24,000 bases of DNA from Hafnia phage vB_HpaM_Zyzzx. Made by a program: the position numbers and the translations under genes. The DNA lies in sequence record MW749004.1; one strand, written 5' to 3'. The notes under the pieces are model-generated. The model did not search any database and was not told the DNA's origin. It saw only the letters and a program-made list of their open reading frames with translations. This document shows positions 1 to 9,169 of the stretch, piece after piece; within the stretch, counting starts at the first letter, position 1, and each line of letters starts with the position of its first letter.

Positions 1-387
1 ACAGAATTAGACGGTGTAACTTATTACTGTGTTAAACGCTGTAGTGATAAAAAGATTCTTAAACCTACCAACTTCCCTAAAGTGGATTTGAAACCGTTGG
101 TAGTAGAGTTCAATCAAGAACTCATGGTAGTAACTTCACCAAAATGTAGAATGTGTGAATCCTTAGAAAAAACACTTGACAAGATACTTGGAATTCACGA
201 TTATACGCGCATAACTCCAATGGAGAGTGACGCAGATAAAGAGTTCTGTCTAGATAATGGGTTTGGTATGGGAGACATTATCTTAGTAGACAACGGTGAG
301 TTTAAATTTATAAACTTCCGTGCTATTGACAGAAAGGCTTCTCAACTTGAACAATGGTTAAAACTGGTGAACTATCATGGAATCTAA
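1..387 (+). CDS. Thioredoxin/glutaredoxin-like protein, C-terminal part; CDS probably begins upstream of the window
   Basis: Tracked ORF 82..387 starts at GTG, but the frame is open back to base 1 (TELDGVTYYCVKRCSDKKILKPTNFPK...). CxxC motif in MVVTSPKCRMCESLEKTL resembles a thioredoxin-fold active site. Confidence 0.6.
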   Translation, partial: TELDGVTYYCVKRCSDKKILKPTNFPKVDLKPLVVEFNQELMVVTSPKCRMCESLEKTLDKILGIHDYTRITPMESDADKEFCLDNGFGMGDIILVDNGEFKFINFRAIDRKASQLEQWLKLVNYHGI

Positions 388-727
388 AATCAATTACACA
401 GTCATTGTGAAAGACCCTTCTACAGAAGATGCTTCACAGGACTTTTTAACGAAACAAGACTACAACATTTCTGCTTCAATTATCTTTAGAGACCCGCTTT
501 TCAATCGAACTGATTTGGAGTATGAAAACATTCTTCTAGCAGTCCTGTACAAGTTTGGGTTCGATATTGAAAAAGATATTTCTGTCACCCCATGTACTCA
601 TCGAAACCACTTTGGTGAGATTGTATCTTGTGATATGTTTATGGGACGCGAACGTAAAGATGCACGTTGGAAGAAACTGAAATACTACCGTCTTCACAAC
701 AACCGTTTACCACATCTTTATCGTTAA
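377..727 (+). CDS. Hypothetical phage protein
   Basis: 116-aa ORF starting at ATG and overlapping the previous stop; tight co-directional packing. Confidence 0.7.
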   Translation: MESKINYTVIVKDPSTEDASQDFLTKQDYNISASIIFRDPLFNRTDLEYENILLAVLYKFGFDIEKDISVTPCTHRNHFGEIVSCDMFMGRERKDARWKKLKYYRLHNNRLPHLYR

Positions 728-735
728 TCTTTAAG

Positions 736-753
736 GGGGTCTGAAAAGACCCC
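736..753 (+). terminator. Intergenic hairpin GGGGTC-TGAAAA-GACCCC, weak or no U-tract
   Basis: Perfect 6-bp stem between two ORFs, followed by TTCAAAAAGG rather than a clean T run. Confidence 0.45.
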
Positions 754-771
754 TTCAAAAAGGAGAAGGTT

Positions 772-1113
772 ATGAACGAAGATATCTACGAAGAACTCTC
801 AAACGCAGAAGGTTCAAAAACTTCTTATGAGGGGACTCTGAGAACTGATGGTTCTCTTCCAGATTACATGATGTACCTACCAAGAATGACAACTTATCGT
901 GTTGTTGGTTTTACGAAGATTAAGACAGATAATGATGAGTGGGTTGATGGTATAGCTTACTTTGAAACAATGGGTAGTCGTTTCTTTACAGACCGCAAGG
1001 ATGAACCTGCTGTACTTTATACGAGACCTTTACATTTGTTTACTGATGGGAATTGGAGTTTTGTGTACAATTCATCTGTAGGTGCAAGACCAAGCTATGA
1101 TTCACATGATTAA
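772..1113 (+). CDS. Hypothetical phage protein
   Basis: 113-aa ORF preceded by AAAAAGGAGAAGGTT (strong RBS). Confidence 0.75.
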   Translation: MNEDIYEELSNAEGSKTSYEGTLRTDGSLPDYMMYLPRMTTYRVVGFTKIKTDNDEWVDGIAYFETMGSRFFTDRKDEPAVLYTRPLHLFTDGNWSFVYNSSVGARPSYDSHD

Positions 1114-1123
1114 GGGTTTGAGT

Positions 1124-1372
1124 ATGAAGACAATAGGTGTTGGTGATGTAGTGTATTTTGAAACATACACAGATGGTAGTGAACACTACCAGTTATTGGC
1201 TAAGGGTACTGGAATAGTCTATCAAGTGGAAGAGTTGTTGACAGGTGGTTACTTATACTCTATCAGCTACATAGACAGTCAAGGGAAAACAAACTCTACA
1301 GCAGTTTGTCAAGGAAATTCTAATTTTTGTGCAGATACCATCTGCTTACTAGAAGAAATGTTAGGGGATTAA
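1124..1372 (+). CDS. Hypothetical phage protein (MKTIGVGDVVYFETYTDGSEHYQLL...)
   Basis: Track gives 1082 as the start; the internal ATG at 1124, after TAAGGGTTTGAGT, is more plausible and avoids the overlap with the upstream ORF. Confidence 0.6.
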   Translation: MKTIGVGDVVYFETYTDGSEHYQLLAKGTGIVYQVEELLTGGYLYSISYIDSQGKTNSTAVCQGNSNFCADTICLLEEMLGD

Positions 1373-1376
1373 GAAA

Positions 1377-1706
1377 ATGGCATATTTAAACTCATCTGCT
1401 TTAAAGAAAGTTATTGAGAATTCAAAAGGTGTACTTGGAAAGGATAAGTTCGGAAAAGATATCTTCCAAGGTGACGCTGTAGTCTACTGCTCTACAGTTC
1501 GTAATGGTGGTGGACGAAGTGAGATTAAAGTTGGTAAAGTTCTTGGCAAGCAACGTGGTAACATTCAAGTTGTAGACAATATAGAGTATGAAAGGTTGAT
1601 GCATGAATACCATGAGTATATCTTTACAGAAGGTATCACAGCACCAAACGTTATAGTAACCTCAGAAGAAAAAGCAATAGCTTTTGAAAATGGTAATTTG
1701 TTTTAA
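1377..1706 (+). CDS. Hypothetical phage protein
   Basis: 109-aa ORF starting immediately after the upstream stop. Confidence 0.7.
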   Translation: MAYLNSSALKKVIENSKGVLGKDKFGKDIFQGDAVVYCSTVRNGGGRSEIKVGKVLGKQRGNIQVVDNIEYERLMHEYHEYIFTEGITAPNVIVTSEEKAIAFENGNLF

Positions 1707-1725
1707 GTTATAAGGTAGGAAGAAG

Positions 1726-3972
1726 ATGATGATTAAGCATGTTGTAAAGTCAAATGGTCAAGTTGTTCCTTTCGAACCAGAGCGTTTAAATCGTTGGGGA
1801 GAGTGGGCTGACCGTTTAGGAGTTCTTTGGTCAGAGGTTGTTTTAGAGGCTACTAAACGTTGTCATGATGGATGCACCACAAGAGAACTCCACCAAGCAA
1901 TGATTGACGTTTGCATTGATAAACAATCTCAGAACTATTCTGATATGGCTGGAAGACTCTTGATAGGTTTGATTTACAAAGAAGCTTTTGGAGGATTCAC
2001 CAAGATTCCAACCTTACAAGACTTCTATAAAGGGATGGTCTCTAAAGGTCTTTGGGAAGAAATGGACTACTCAGAAGCTGAACTGTTGGTACTGGCAAAC
2101 TTCATAGAACACTCTAAAGATTTGGGGTACGGATACGCAGTGTTGAAACAGTTCCGTGATAAGTATGGTATTAAAGATATTCGTACAGATAAGTTGTATG
2201 AGTCACCACAGTTTATGTTCTTGGGTATGGCTATGAAAGCCTTTGAGAAGCAGCCTAAAGAGCGGAGACTGGAAGATGTTAAGAAGCTATACACTTACTT
2301 ATCTGACTTGAAGATAAACGCACCTACACCGTATCTGAATGGTTTAAGAGCACGTAAGACAGGGTATGCTTCATGTTGCCTGATTAAAGCGAACGATACA
2401 GCTAACTCAATCGGGGTTGCTACCCATATTGCTTACGAAATGACAACTAAGCAAGCTGGTATTGGGATGTTTATGAACCTACGTTCAATTGGTGACGGTA
2501 TTCGAAACAACACTATTGAGCACATGGGTAAACTTGGTTATTACCGTATGGTTAAAGACGCTGTACAGGCCAACAAGCAGAAATCACGTGGTGGTAGTGC
2601 TAACGTATTCTATACGATGCTAGACCCTCAGATTGAAGATTTACTGCGTTTGAAGCACCCAACTACAGCTACTGCAAAGCGTATCAATGAAATCGACTAC
2701 GGTGTCATTATGGGCGATGCTTTCTTAGATGCTGTAAGACAAGGTATGAAGTGGCCTTTAATCTCGGTTAAAGATGCACCTGAACTATATGACCTGTACA
2801 TTAAAGGTTCTGCGGAAGAGTTTATTAATGCGGTTATTGAGAGTGGTGTTGTGCCGAAAGAGTGGAAAGATGCACGTGAGTTAATGCTTCTGTACACAAT
2901 CAACCGTGTAGCAACTGGTCGAGTCTATCCTGCATTTAGTGGGAATATGAACAGACATACACCATTTAAAGAGTTGCTGCCAATGTCAAACCTGTGTATG
3001 GAAGTTGTATTACCAGTTTATGGATTTGAAGATATGGTTAGCTTACATTCTTACAAGGAGAATCACAATCCAGAAGTAGATGGTGAAGTAGCTCTATGCT
3101 TCCTTGCAAGTTTGGTTGCTGGTAGAATCTCTAAAGAAGAATATGAAGATGTTGCTTACTATGCTTTGGCAATGGTTGATTCAGTAATGGATGAAATGGA
3201 CTACCCATATTTGTCTATGAAGAGAACTGTACAGGCACGTCGCTCAGTGGGTATCGGTATCACAAACGTAGCTCACTACATGGCTAAGAACTATGTAACA
3301 TATTCTTCACGTGCTGGTAAAACCTTGCTTCATGAGTTAGCAGAAATGCATTCTTACTACCTGCATAAAGCTTCTTTACGTTTATCTAAAGAGCGTGGTT
3401 TAGCAGAATGGATTGGCAAGACTAAGTATGTAGATGGTTGGGTTCCACCTCATACAGCTAACAAAATGATTGACAGCCAACATGACGCTAAGTTACAGTT
3501 CGATTGGGAAGAGTTGTCACGTCAGATTAAAGAGAATGGCGGTATCCGTAACAGTGTTCTGGAAGCATATATGCCTAATGAGTCTTCTTCATTGGCTACC
3601 AACACTACAAATGGTATCTACCCAATTCGAGATTTTATCTTGACTAAGAAATCTGCAACTGGTAATGTGCTGTTCATCGTACCAGACTATGAAGAGTTGA
3701 AGTACATGTATGAAATTGCATGGAATATTCCAACCAGAGACTTGATAGATTGTTATGCAATCTTCCAGAAGTTTACTGGTCAAGCTATTTCAGCAGACTT
3801 CTACATCAACTACGCTAAACTGGTAGGTAACAAAGTGTCAGCTAAAGAGTTTATGATGGACACCTTGTATGCTTGGATGATGGGGATGAAGACACAATAC
3901 TATGTAAACAGTATGGTTGGTGTTGGTTCCTCTTCTCTGCAAGAAGCTTACTGTGAAGGTTGTGGTGTTTAA
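1726..3972 (+). CDS. nrdA: Ribonucleoside-diphosphate reductase, class Ia alpha subunit
   Basis: 748 aa; YASCCLIKANDTANSIG, QAGIGMFMNLRSIGDGIRNN, PMSNLCMEVVLP (N-x-C-x-E catalytic motif), NESSSLATNTTNGIYPIRDF, C-terminal CEGCGV. Confidence 0.95.
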   Translation: MMIKHVVKSNGQVVPFEPERLNRWGEWADRLGVLWSEVVLEATKRCHDGCTTRELHQAMIDVCIDKQSQNYSDMAGRLLIGLIYKEAFGGFTKIPTLQDFYKGMVSKGLWEEMDYSEAELLVLANFIEHSKDLGYGYAVLKQFRDKYGIKDIRTDKLYESPQFMFLGMAMKAFEKQPKERRLEDVKKLYTYLSDLKINAPTPYLNGLRARKTGYASCCLIKANDTANSIGVATHIAYEMTTKQAGIGMFMNLRSIGDGIRNNTIEHMGKLGYYRMVKDAVQANKQKSRGGSANVFYTMLDPQIEDLLRLKHPTTATAKRINEIDYGVIMGDAFLDAVRQGMKWPLISVKDAPELYDLYIKGSAEEFINAVIESGVVPKEWKDARELMLLYTINRVATGRVYPAFSGNMNRHTPFKELLPMSNLCMEVVLPVYGFEDMVSLHSYKENHNPEVDGEVALCFLASLVAGRISKEEYEDVAYYALAMVDSVMDEMDYPYLSMKRTVQARRSVGIGITNVAHYMAKNYVTYSSRAGKTLLHELAEMHSYYLHKASLRLSKERGLAEWIGKTKYVDGWVPPHTANKMIDSQHDAKLQFDWEELSRQIKENGGIRNSVLEAYMPNESSSLATNTTNGIYPIRDFILTKKSATGNVLFIVPDYEELKYMYEIAWNIPTRDLIDCYAIFQKFTGQAISADFYINYAKLVGNKVSAKEFMMDTLYAWMMGMKTQYYVNSMVGVGSSSLQEAYCEGCGV

Positions 3973-3981
3973 AACTATTAA

Positions 3982-3999
3982 GGGGTCTTTCGAGACCCC
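3982..3999 (+). terminator. Intergenic hairpin GGGGTCT-TTCG-AGACCCC
   Basis: 7-bp perfect stem with a UUCG loop directly after nrdA; followed by ACTTTAAAG (weak U-tract). Confidence 0.5.
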
Positions 4000-4019
4000 A
4001 CTTTAAAGAGGGTTAGGAA

Positions 4020-4220
4020 ATGAAAAATGTAAACGCAAACAAATTACGAGTGGTTGTATCACGCAATACTTTTGGTAACCCAACTTACCAGATTCAGAGA
4101 AAGTCTTTCATGTTCTTCTGGAAAGATTGTTTTGCAGAAATGCACTCACCTAAAAAGATTCGTGAAGTTCTGAAATCTTGGGGTGTAAACTATAAAGATG
4201 TTAACTACGTTCAAAAGTAA
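4020..4220 (+). CDS. Hypothetical phage protein between nrdA and nrdB
   Basis: 66-aa ORF with upstream GAGGGTTAGGAA. Confidence 0.6.
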   Translation: MKNVNANKLRVVVSRNTFGNPTYQIQRKSFMFFWKDCFAEMHSPKKIREVLKSWGVNYKDVNYVQK

Positions 4221-4230
4221 GGATAAGTCA

Positions 4231-5301
4231 ATGAAGAATCAAAACCCAATTTTCTTAGGTGAACCACTACAGATTTACGATTCAATTAACTGTCACTATC
4301 CTAAAATCTTTGAACTGTATAAACAGCAGAAAGCACAAGATTGGGCAGAGGACGAATTTAGCTTTGAACAGTCACGTATTGACTTCCAGACTTGTCCAGA
4401 AGCTTCTAGTCAGGTTATGTTGAAAACCTTGATGTGGCAGTGGGAGGCAGATTCACGTATCAGTAGAAGCCTTGTAGTGGCCTTTGCACCGTTCATTACA
4501 AACTCTGAATACAGTGCTGCAATTATGAAGCAGTCAGAGATTGAGGTTCTACATGCATTAACTTACTCAGAGATTATCCGTCAATGTTTAGGTGACCCTG
4601 TTCAGATTCTTAAAGATGTTCTTGAGAATCCACAGATTGAAGCACGTTCAGAAGCACTTGATAAAGCTTTGAGTGATTTGAAAACTGTAGGGATAGAGTA
4701 TCAGATTCATGGTGATAACCTAGTAAACCTTGTAGGTGATAAACATTACATCCGTAAAGCAATCTTGAAAGGGTTGTTTGCTGTAATGGCACTTGAAGGT
4801 ATTGAGTTTATTGCATCCTTTGCTTGCACCTTTGCACTGGTTAAGCAAGACTGGTTTGCAGGTATTGGCAATGCTGTACAGAAGATTATGCTTGATGAAA
4901 TTCTTCACACTAAGATTGACTTAGAAGTGTTGAAAGAAACTTTGAAAGATGAAGACTGGCAAGAAGCATTTGAAATCGTCAAGCCAGAAATTAAACAGAT
5001 TCTTGATGAAGTTGTTTTGAAAGAGGAAGGTTGGTCAGAGTATATCTTCTCAGAAGGTCGCTCTATCTTAGGTCTCAACACTCCACTTCTGAAACAATGG
5101 GTATACTACAATGCTTACCCACTGTACAGTATTTTCGATATTGAATTTGACTTCCCAATGCAAACGGCAGACCCGTTAGTTTGGATGAAAGAGTTCATTG
5201 AAATTGACAAGCAGCAGAATGCTAACCAAGAGCAACAAAATGGTGGTTATCTACTAAATACTGTAAAAAATGATGTTGACAATGAGCCTTGGATTCTCTA
5301 A
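4231..5301 (+). CDS. nrdB: Ribonucleoside-diphosphate reductase, class Ia beta subunit
   Basis: FEQSRIDFQTCPEASS, MWQWEADS, SEIEVLHALTYSEII (carboxylate/Tyr motifs), ALEGIEFIASFACTFALVKQ, MLDEILHTKIDLEVL. Start at ATG 4231 (after AAGGATAAGTCA), not 4198. Confidence 0.92.
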   Translation: MKNQNPIFLGEPLQIYDSINCHYPKIFELYKQQKAQDWAEDEFSFEQSRIDFQTCPEASSQVMLKTLMWQWEADSRISRSLVVAFAPFITNSEYSAAIMKQSEIEVLHALTYSEIIRQCLGDPVQILKDVLENPQIEARSEALDKALSDLKTVGIEYQIHGDNLVNLVGDKHYIRKAILKGLFAVMALEGIEFIASFACTFALVKQDWFAGIGNAVQKIMLDEILHTKIDLEVLKETLKDEDWQEAFEIVKPEIKQILDEVVLKEEGWSEYIFSEGRSILGLNTPLLKQWVYYNAYPLYSIFDIEFDFPMQTADPLVWMKEFIEIDKQQNANQEQQNGGYLLNTVKNDVDNEPWIL

Positions 5302-5342
5302 TATACGCAACACAGAAAATTAGTTTAAAAGGAGACAATACC

Positions 5343-5582
5343 ATGTATATCATCTACTCTAAGAATGGCTGCCCTAAGTGTGATGTTGCAAAGAACATGG
5401 CAAAGGCACGTAACATTCCACATCGTGTAAAAATGCTGGATGTTGATTACACCATTGATGAAGTGTTTGAAATTGCAGGACAACCAATTCGACAAATGCC
5501 TTACATCATTAATATTGGTGAGGCTGGAACAATTCGACAAGTTGGTTCCCTTGAAGACTTCATGAAAGAAGTAAATAACTAA
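5343..5582 (+). CDS. Glutaredoxin-like protein (NrdC/NrdH-like)
   Basis: MYIIYSKNGCPKCDVAKNMAKA...QPIRQMPYIINIGEAGTIRQVGSLEDF: CPKC active site, cis-Pro (QMPY). Start at ATG 5343 after AAAAGGAGACAATACC. Confidence 0.88.
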   Translation: MYIIYSKNGCPKCDVAKNMAKARNIPHRVKMLDVDYTIDEVFEIAGQPIRQMPYIINIGEAGTIRQVGSLEDFMKEVNN

Positions 5583-5591
5583 GTAAAGATT

Positions 5592-5632
5592 TGTAAAAAG
5601 AGGGGGCTGAAAAGCCTCCTTTTTGCTATAAT
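5592..5632 (+). promoter_or_regulatory. Hairpin plus extended -10 promoter-like sequence upstream of nrdD
   Basis: TGTAAAA box at 5592, GGGGGCTGAAAAGCCTCC hairpin followed by TTTTTT, then TGCTATAAT (extended -10, TATAAT 5627-5632). Confidence 0.6.
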
Positions 5633-5668
5633 AGACCCACGAAATAAAACTAACTAAGAGGTTCAAAA

Positions 5669-7822
5669 ATGAACAAAGTACGTCTTGTCATTAAAAAAGA
5701 TGAATCTATTGTTAAGTACGACTTTAACAAGATTCGTTCTGCTGTTATTAAAGCTGCTGAACGTGCCAATGTAAAACTTTATGGTGAGTTCTGGAAACCA
5801 TTCCAAGAGAAAGTTGAGTCTTATCTGGATGAGTATCCAACTGAGTCACGTGTTGCAGGTGATGATGTGGTACTAACCTATACAGTACATGATTTACACG
5901 TCTTAGTAGAGCAAGCTTTGAAAGATGTTTTACCAGAAGTTCACCGTTCCTATTCACAATATCGTAACTATAAAACAACCTTTGTGAAGACTATGGATGA
6001 ACTCTTTAAAAAGACCCAAGCAACTTTGTATTTAGGTGACCGTGAAAATGCCAACTTTGATTCTACACTGGCATCTACAAAGGGTAGTTTGATTCGTGGG
6101 TATCTGACAAAAGAACTTTACAAACAATTCATTCTGTCAAAGAGTGAGTTACAAGCAATTGAGGATGGTTATATCTACATCCATGACTTACGAGACTTGA
6201 TGTTTAACACTATTAACTGTTGCTTGTTTGATATGGAAACAGTCTTGAAAGGTGGCTTTACAATGTCATCTATTGAGTATGTTGAACCTAAATCTGTATT
6301 AAGTGCTTTGCAGGTTATTGGGGATATTACCCTGTCAGCTACTGCACAGCAATTTGGTGGGTTCACTATTCCAGAGATTGACAAGACTCTTATCCCATAT
6401 GTAAAACGTTCTTTTAAAAACCATATTGCTGATATGGAAAAATACAATATTCCTATGGATGGAAACTATGCTTGGGATAAAGTTAAAGAAGAATTGAAAC
6501 AAGGTTTCCAGTCTCTTGAAATGAAACTGAACACAGTACCTTGTTCACGTGGTGACTATGCTTTCACAACTCTAACTTTTGGTAACATGGACAACCTAAG
6601 CCCATTTGATAATGCCATTCAGAAGATGATTTGTGAAGCTATCTTAGATGTTCGTATGCAAGGCCAAGGTAAGAAAGCAAAACCTGTAGTATTCCCTAAA
6701 CTAGTTTACCTTCACAGCAAGAAGAACCATGAAGAGAATGAACTACAAAGAGAATTACTTGAAAAAGCCATTGAGTGCAACACTAAGGCCATGTATCCAG
6801 ACTACTTAGACATTGACCAGCATGGGGCAGTTGCAGACGCTTACAAGCGTTCTGGTAAGGTTATTTCCCCAATGGGTTGCCGAGCTTACCTGTCACCAGC
6901 TTATGATGATAATGGTGAAGAGTTCTATGTAGGCCGAGCTAACATTGGTGCTGTTTCTCTGAATCTTCCTATGATTTGGATGAAAGCCAAAGAAGAAGGT
7001 AAAGAGTTCTTTGAAGTGTTGGAGCATTATCTTGAAATGATTCGACAAATTCATATCAAACGTTACCAGACTTTAGCAGAAACACCAGTATCAACTAACC
7101 CATTAGCATTCACACAAGGTGGTCTGTACAAAGGCTTCAAAGACCCTTCTGATGTGATTGGTGATGAGATTGTCAGGAAGTTTACTGCATCCTTTGGTAT
7201 TACTGCTTTAAATGAACTACATCAACTTGTCTTTGACAAACCTTTACATGAAGGTGATGATAAGTTTATCAGTGAGGTGTTAGCATTCATTGAAAGTAAA
7301 CTTACCACTTACAAAAAAGAAGATGGTTACCTATATGCTATGTATGGTACACCAGCAGAAAGTTTGTGTGGGACTCAGTTACACCAGTTCCGCGAGAAGT
7401 ATGGTGTTATCAAGGGGGTATCTGATAAAGAATACTTTACAAACTCTTTCCACATGCATGTTGGGGCAGAACTGACACCTTTCGAAAAGCAGGATAAAGA
7501 ATTTGACTTCTTCCATCACTGCAATGGAGGTCATATCCAATATGTCCGACTCCCTAACAAGAATAATGCAAAAGCTATTAAAGCAATGGTTGAGCGTGGG
7601 ATGGGTAAAGGCTTCTATCAAGGTATCAACTTTGACCTAGCAATCTGTGAAAACTGTGGTCACCGTCCTGATGGGGATGTTGAAAACTGTCCAGAATGTG
7701 GAAGCCATGACATTAGTGTAATAAATCGTGTATGTGGGTACTTGGGGTTCACTAAACTAAAAGGTGATACTCGTATGAATGACGCTAAGATAGCTGAAAT
7801 CAAAGACCGTAAATCTATGTAA
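5669..7822 (+). CDS. nrdD: Anaerobic ribonucleoside-triphosphate reductase (class III)
   Basis: 717 aa; C-terminal zinc site CENCGHRPDGDVENCPECG and glycyl-radical motif RVCGYLGFTK; N-terminal ATP-cone-like region. Confidence 0.95.
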   Translation: MNKVRLVIKKDESIVKYDFNKIRSAVIKAAERANVKLYGEFWKPFQEKVESYLDEYPTESRVAGDDVVLTYTVHDLHVLVEQALKDVLPEVHRSYSQYRNYKTTFVKTMDELFKKTQATLYLGDRENANFDSTLASTKGSLIRGYLTKELYKQFILSKSELQAIEDGYIYIHDLRDLMFNTINCCLFDMETVLKGGFTMSSIEYVEPKSVLSALQVIGDITLSATAQQFGGFTIPEIDKTLIPYVKRSFKNHIADMEKYNIPMDGNYAWDKVKEELKQGFQSLEMKLNTVPCSRGDYAFTTLTFGNMDNLSPFDNAIQKMICEAILDVRMQGQGKKAKPVVFPKLVYLHSKKNHEENELQRELLEKAIECNTKAMYPDYLDIDQHGAVADAYKRSGKVISPMGCRAYLSPAYDDNGEEFYVGRANIGAVSLNLPMIWMKAKEEGKEFFEVLEHYLEMIRQIHIKRYQTLAETPVSTNPLAFTQGGLYKGFKDPSDVIGDEIVRKFTASFGITALNELHQLVFDKPLHEGDDKFISEVLAFIESKLTTYKKEDGYLYAMYGTPAESLCGTQLHQFREKYGVIKGVSDKEYFTNSFHMHVGAELTPFEKQDKEFDFFHHCNGGHIQYVRLPNKNNAKAIKAMVERGMGKGFYQGINFDLAICENCGHRPDGDVENCPECGSHDISVINRVCGYLGFTKLKGDTRMNDAKIAEIKDRKSM

Positions 7823-7831
7823 AATCTTAAA

Positions 7832-7858
7832 GGCTGCTCTTAACAGAGTGGCCTTTTT
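7832..7858 (+). terminator. Intrinsic terminator after nrdD
   Basis: GGCTGCTCT-TAAC-AGAGTGGCC stem (9 bp with two G-U) followed by TTTTT. Confidence 0.85.
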
Positions 7859-7892
7859 CGTTTATATTGTCCAAACATTCTAAGGAGGAATT

Positions 7893-8171
7893 ATGCGACG
7901 ATTTATCTATTGGTTTAAAGAAGACCTTCTTCTGAGAGTTGTCTTCACACTTGTTTGTTTAGGGATGATTGCTATAATCTACGTAATAATAGACGACACC
8001 TTCAAGGTTGCAAGATACGTGGAAGAGAACCACTGTAGGACAACTGGAAGAACAAACTCTATAATGTTCCTTATGCCAGTATTTACAGGAGACACTACAA
8101 TCATGGTTCCACAGTTTACAGTGGAAAGAGAGTGGTACTGTTCAAAAACTGATGAGAGATTTTGGAGATAA
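7893..8171 (+). CDS. Small membrane protein, unknown function
   Basis: 92 aa with TM segment LRVVFTLVCLGMIAIIYVII; strong RBS TAAGGAGGAATT. Confidence 0.75.
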   Translation: MRRFIYWFKEDLLLRVVFTLVCLGMIAIIYVIIDDTFKVARYVEENHCRTTGRTNSIMFLMPVFTGDTTIMVPQFTVEREWYCSKTDERFWR

Positions 8172-8173
8172 TT

Positions 8174-8428
8174 ATGTTTAGCAAAGTTAAGTATGCTTAC
8201 CATATGTTTATGTCAGATATCTTCCCTCACAAATACTACGAGAAAGACGGGACACCTAAAAAGTGCCCATATTGTGGTGGTAAGGATATCCAGTTTATAG
8301 CAATGGATTACATCTGCCACACAATTAGTGAAGGATATGAACGTTGCAACTCTTGTAATGGTAAAATCATAGATTGGGCTTATGGTAGCTATGACCCATA
8401 TGACTTACCTAGAAAGATGAGAAAGTAA
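8174..8428 (+). CDS. Small zinc-ribbon-like protein
   Basis: CPYCGG...ERCNSCNGK (two CxxC pairs). ATG at 8174 preferred to 8162. Confidence 0.6.
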   Translation: MFSKVKYAYHMFMSDIFPHKYYEKDGTPKKCPYCGGKDIQFIAMDYICHTISEGYERCNSCNGKIIDWAYGSYDPYDLPRKMRK

Positions 8429-8701
8429 ATGGAAAACTATTATATTCTGGTTGGTAAGAGTTCTCTTATTGAGAAAAGAGTTTCTAAAGTTTATCATGCA
8501 AAGAATCATGGCAATGTTCCTTATGTGTACTGTTCAAGAAATCATCGGTGGGATTGGGTTACTTTAGAAATGTTGAGAGAACTAGGAGAAGACTTCTTGA
8601 TAATTAAGAAGCCATACTTTAATGGTTATAAAAATGTTAAAAAGGTTAAAGTTTTTAAAGTGAAGAAAGGTTGGTGGAAAGATGAACTATATGAAGATTG
8701 A
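8429..8701 (+). CDS. Hypothetical phage protein
   Basis: 90-aa ORF directly abutting the previous gene. Confidence 0.65.
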   Translation: MENYYILVGKSSLIEKRVSKVYHAKNHGNVPYVYCSRNHRWDWVTLEMLRELGEDFLIIKKPYFNGYKNVKKVKVFKVKKGWWKDELYED

Positions 8702-9158
8702 CCCATGTGATATGAACAATGGTGATGGAGTGAGGGTGTCACTATTTGTATCAGGTTGTTCACATGGTTGTGATGGGTGTTTCAACGTAGAGGCTTGGAA
8801 GTATAATGCTGGAGAACCCTTTACAGAGGAAACATTGGAAAAACTATTATCATATTGTGCAGAAGACTCTATCTCAGGGCTTACTTTATTAGGTGGAGAC
8901 CCATTAGCACCAAGGAATGTAGAAACCGTAACAATGATTTGTAAAGAATTTAAAAGACGGTTTCCAAATAAAGACATTTGGATGTGGACAGGGTATACTT
9001 ATTCTCAAGTAAGTGGTACAGAGGTACTGAACTATGTTGACTACCTCATTGATGGGAAGTATGAGAAAGACCTCCCTACAAAGAAACCTTACCGTGGGTC
9101 TGACAATCAAGTCAGATGGAAGAAAGCTGGTGAAATACAGTTTGTAATGATTGATTAA
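8691..9158 (+). CDS. nrdG: Anaerobic ribonucleotide reductase activating protein (radical SAM)
   Basis: FVSGCSHGCDGCFNVEAW (CxxxCxxC radical SAM motif), LTLLGGDPLAPRN, IWMWTGYT. Confidence 0.93.
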   Translation: MKIDPCDMNNGDGVRVSLFVSGCSHGCDGCFNVEAWKYNAGEPFTEETLEKLLSYCAEDSISGLTLLGGDPLAPRNVETVTMICKEFKRRFPNKDIWMWTGYTYSQVSGTEVLNYVDYLIDGKYEKDLPTKKPYRGSDNQVRWKKAGEIQFVMID

Positions 9159-9169
9159 GGATTATTGAA

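Noticed and set aside
4198-5666. Longer N-terminal starts proposed by the ORF track (4198 nrdB, 5289 glutaredoxin, 18599 SLT, 21018 Rz-like)
   Set aside because: Internal ATGs (4231, 5343, 18650, 21063) have better ribosome binding sites and match expected protein N-termini.
7290-7475. Plus-strand 61-aa ORF inside nrdD
   Set aside because: Alternative frame of a conserved gene, low-complexity start; spurious.
1726-7822. Introns or inteins in nrdA/nrdB/nrdD
   Set aside because: All three reading frames are continuous with expected lengths and motif order; no insertion visible.
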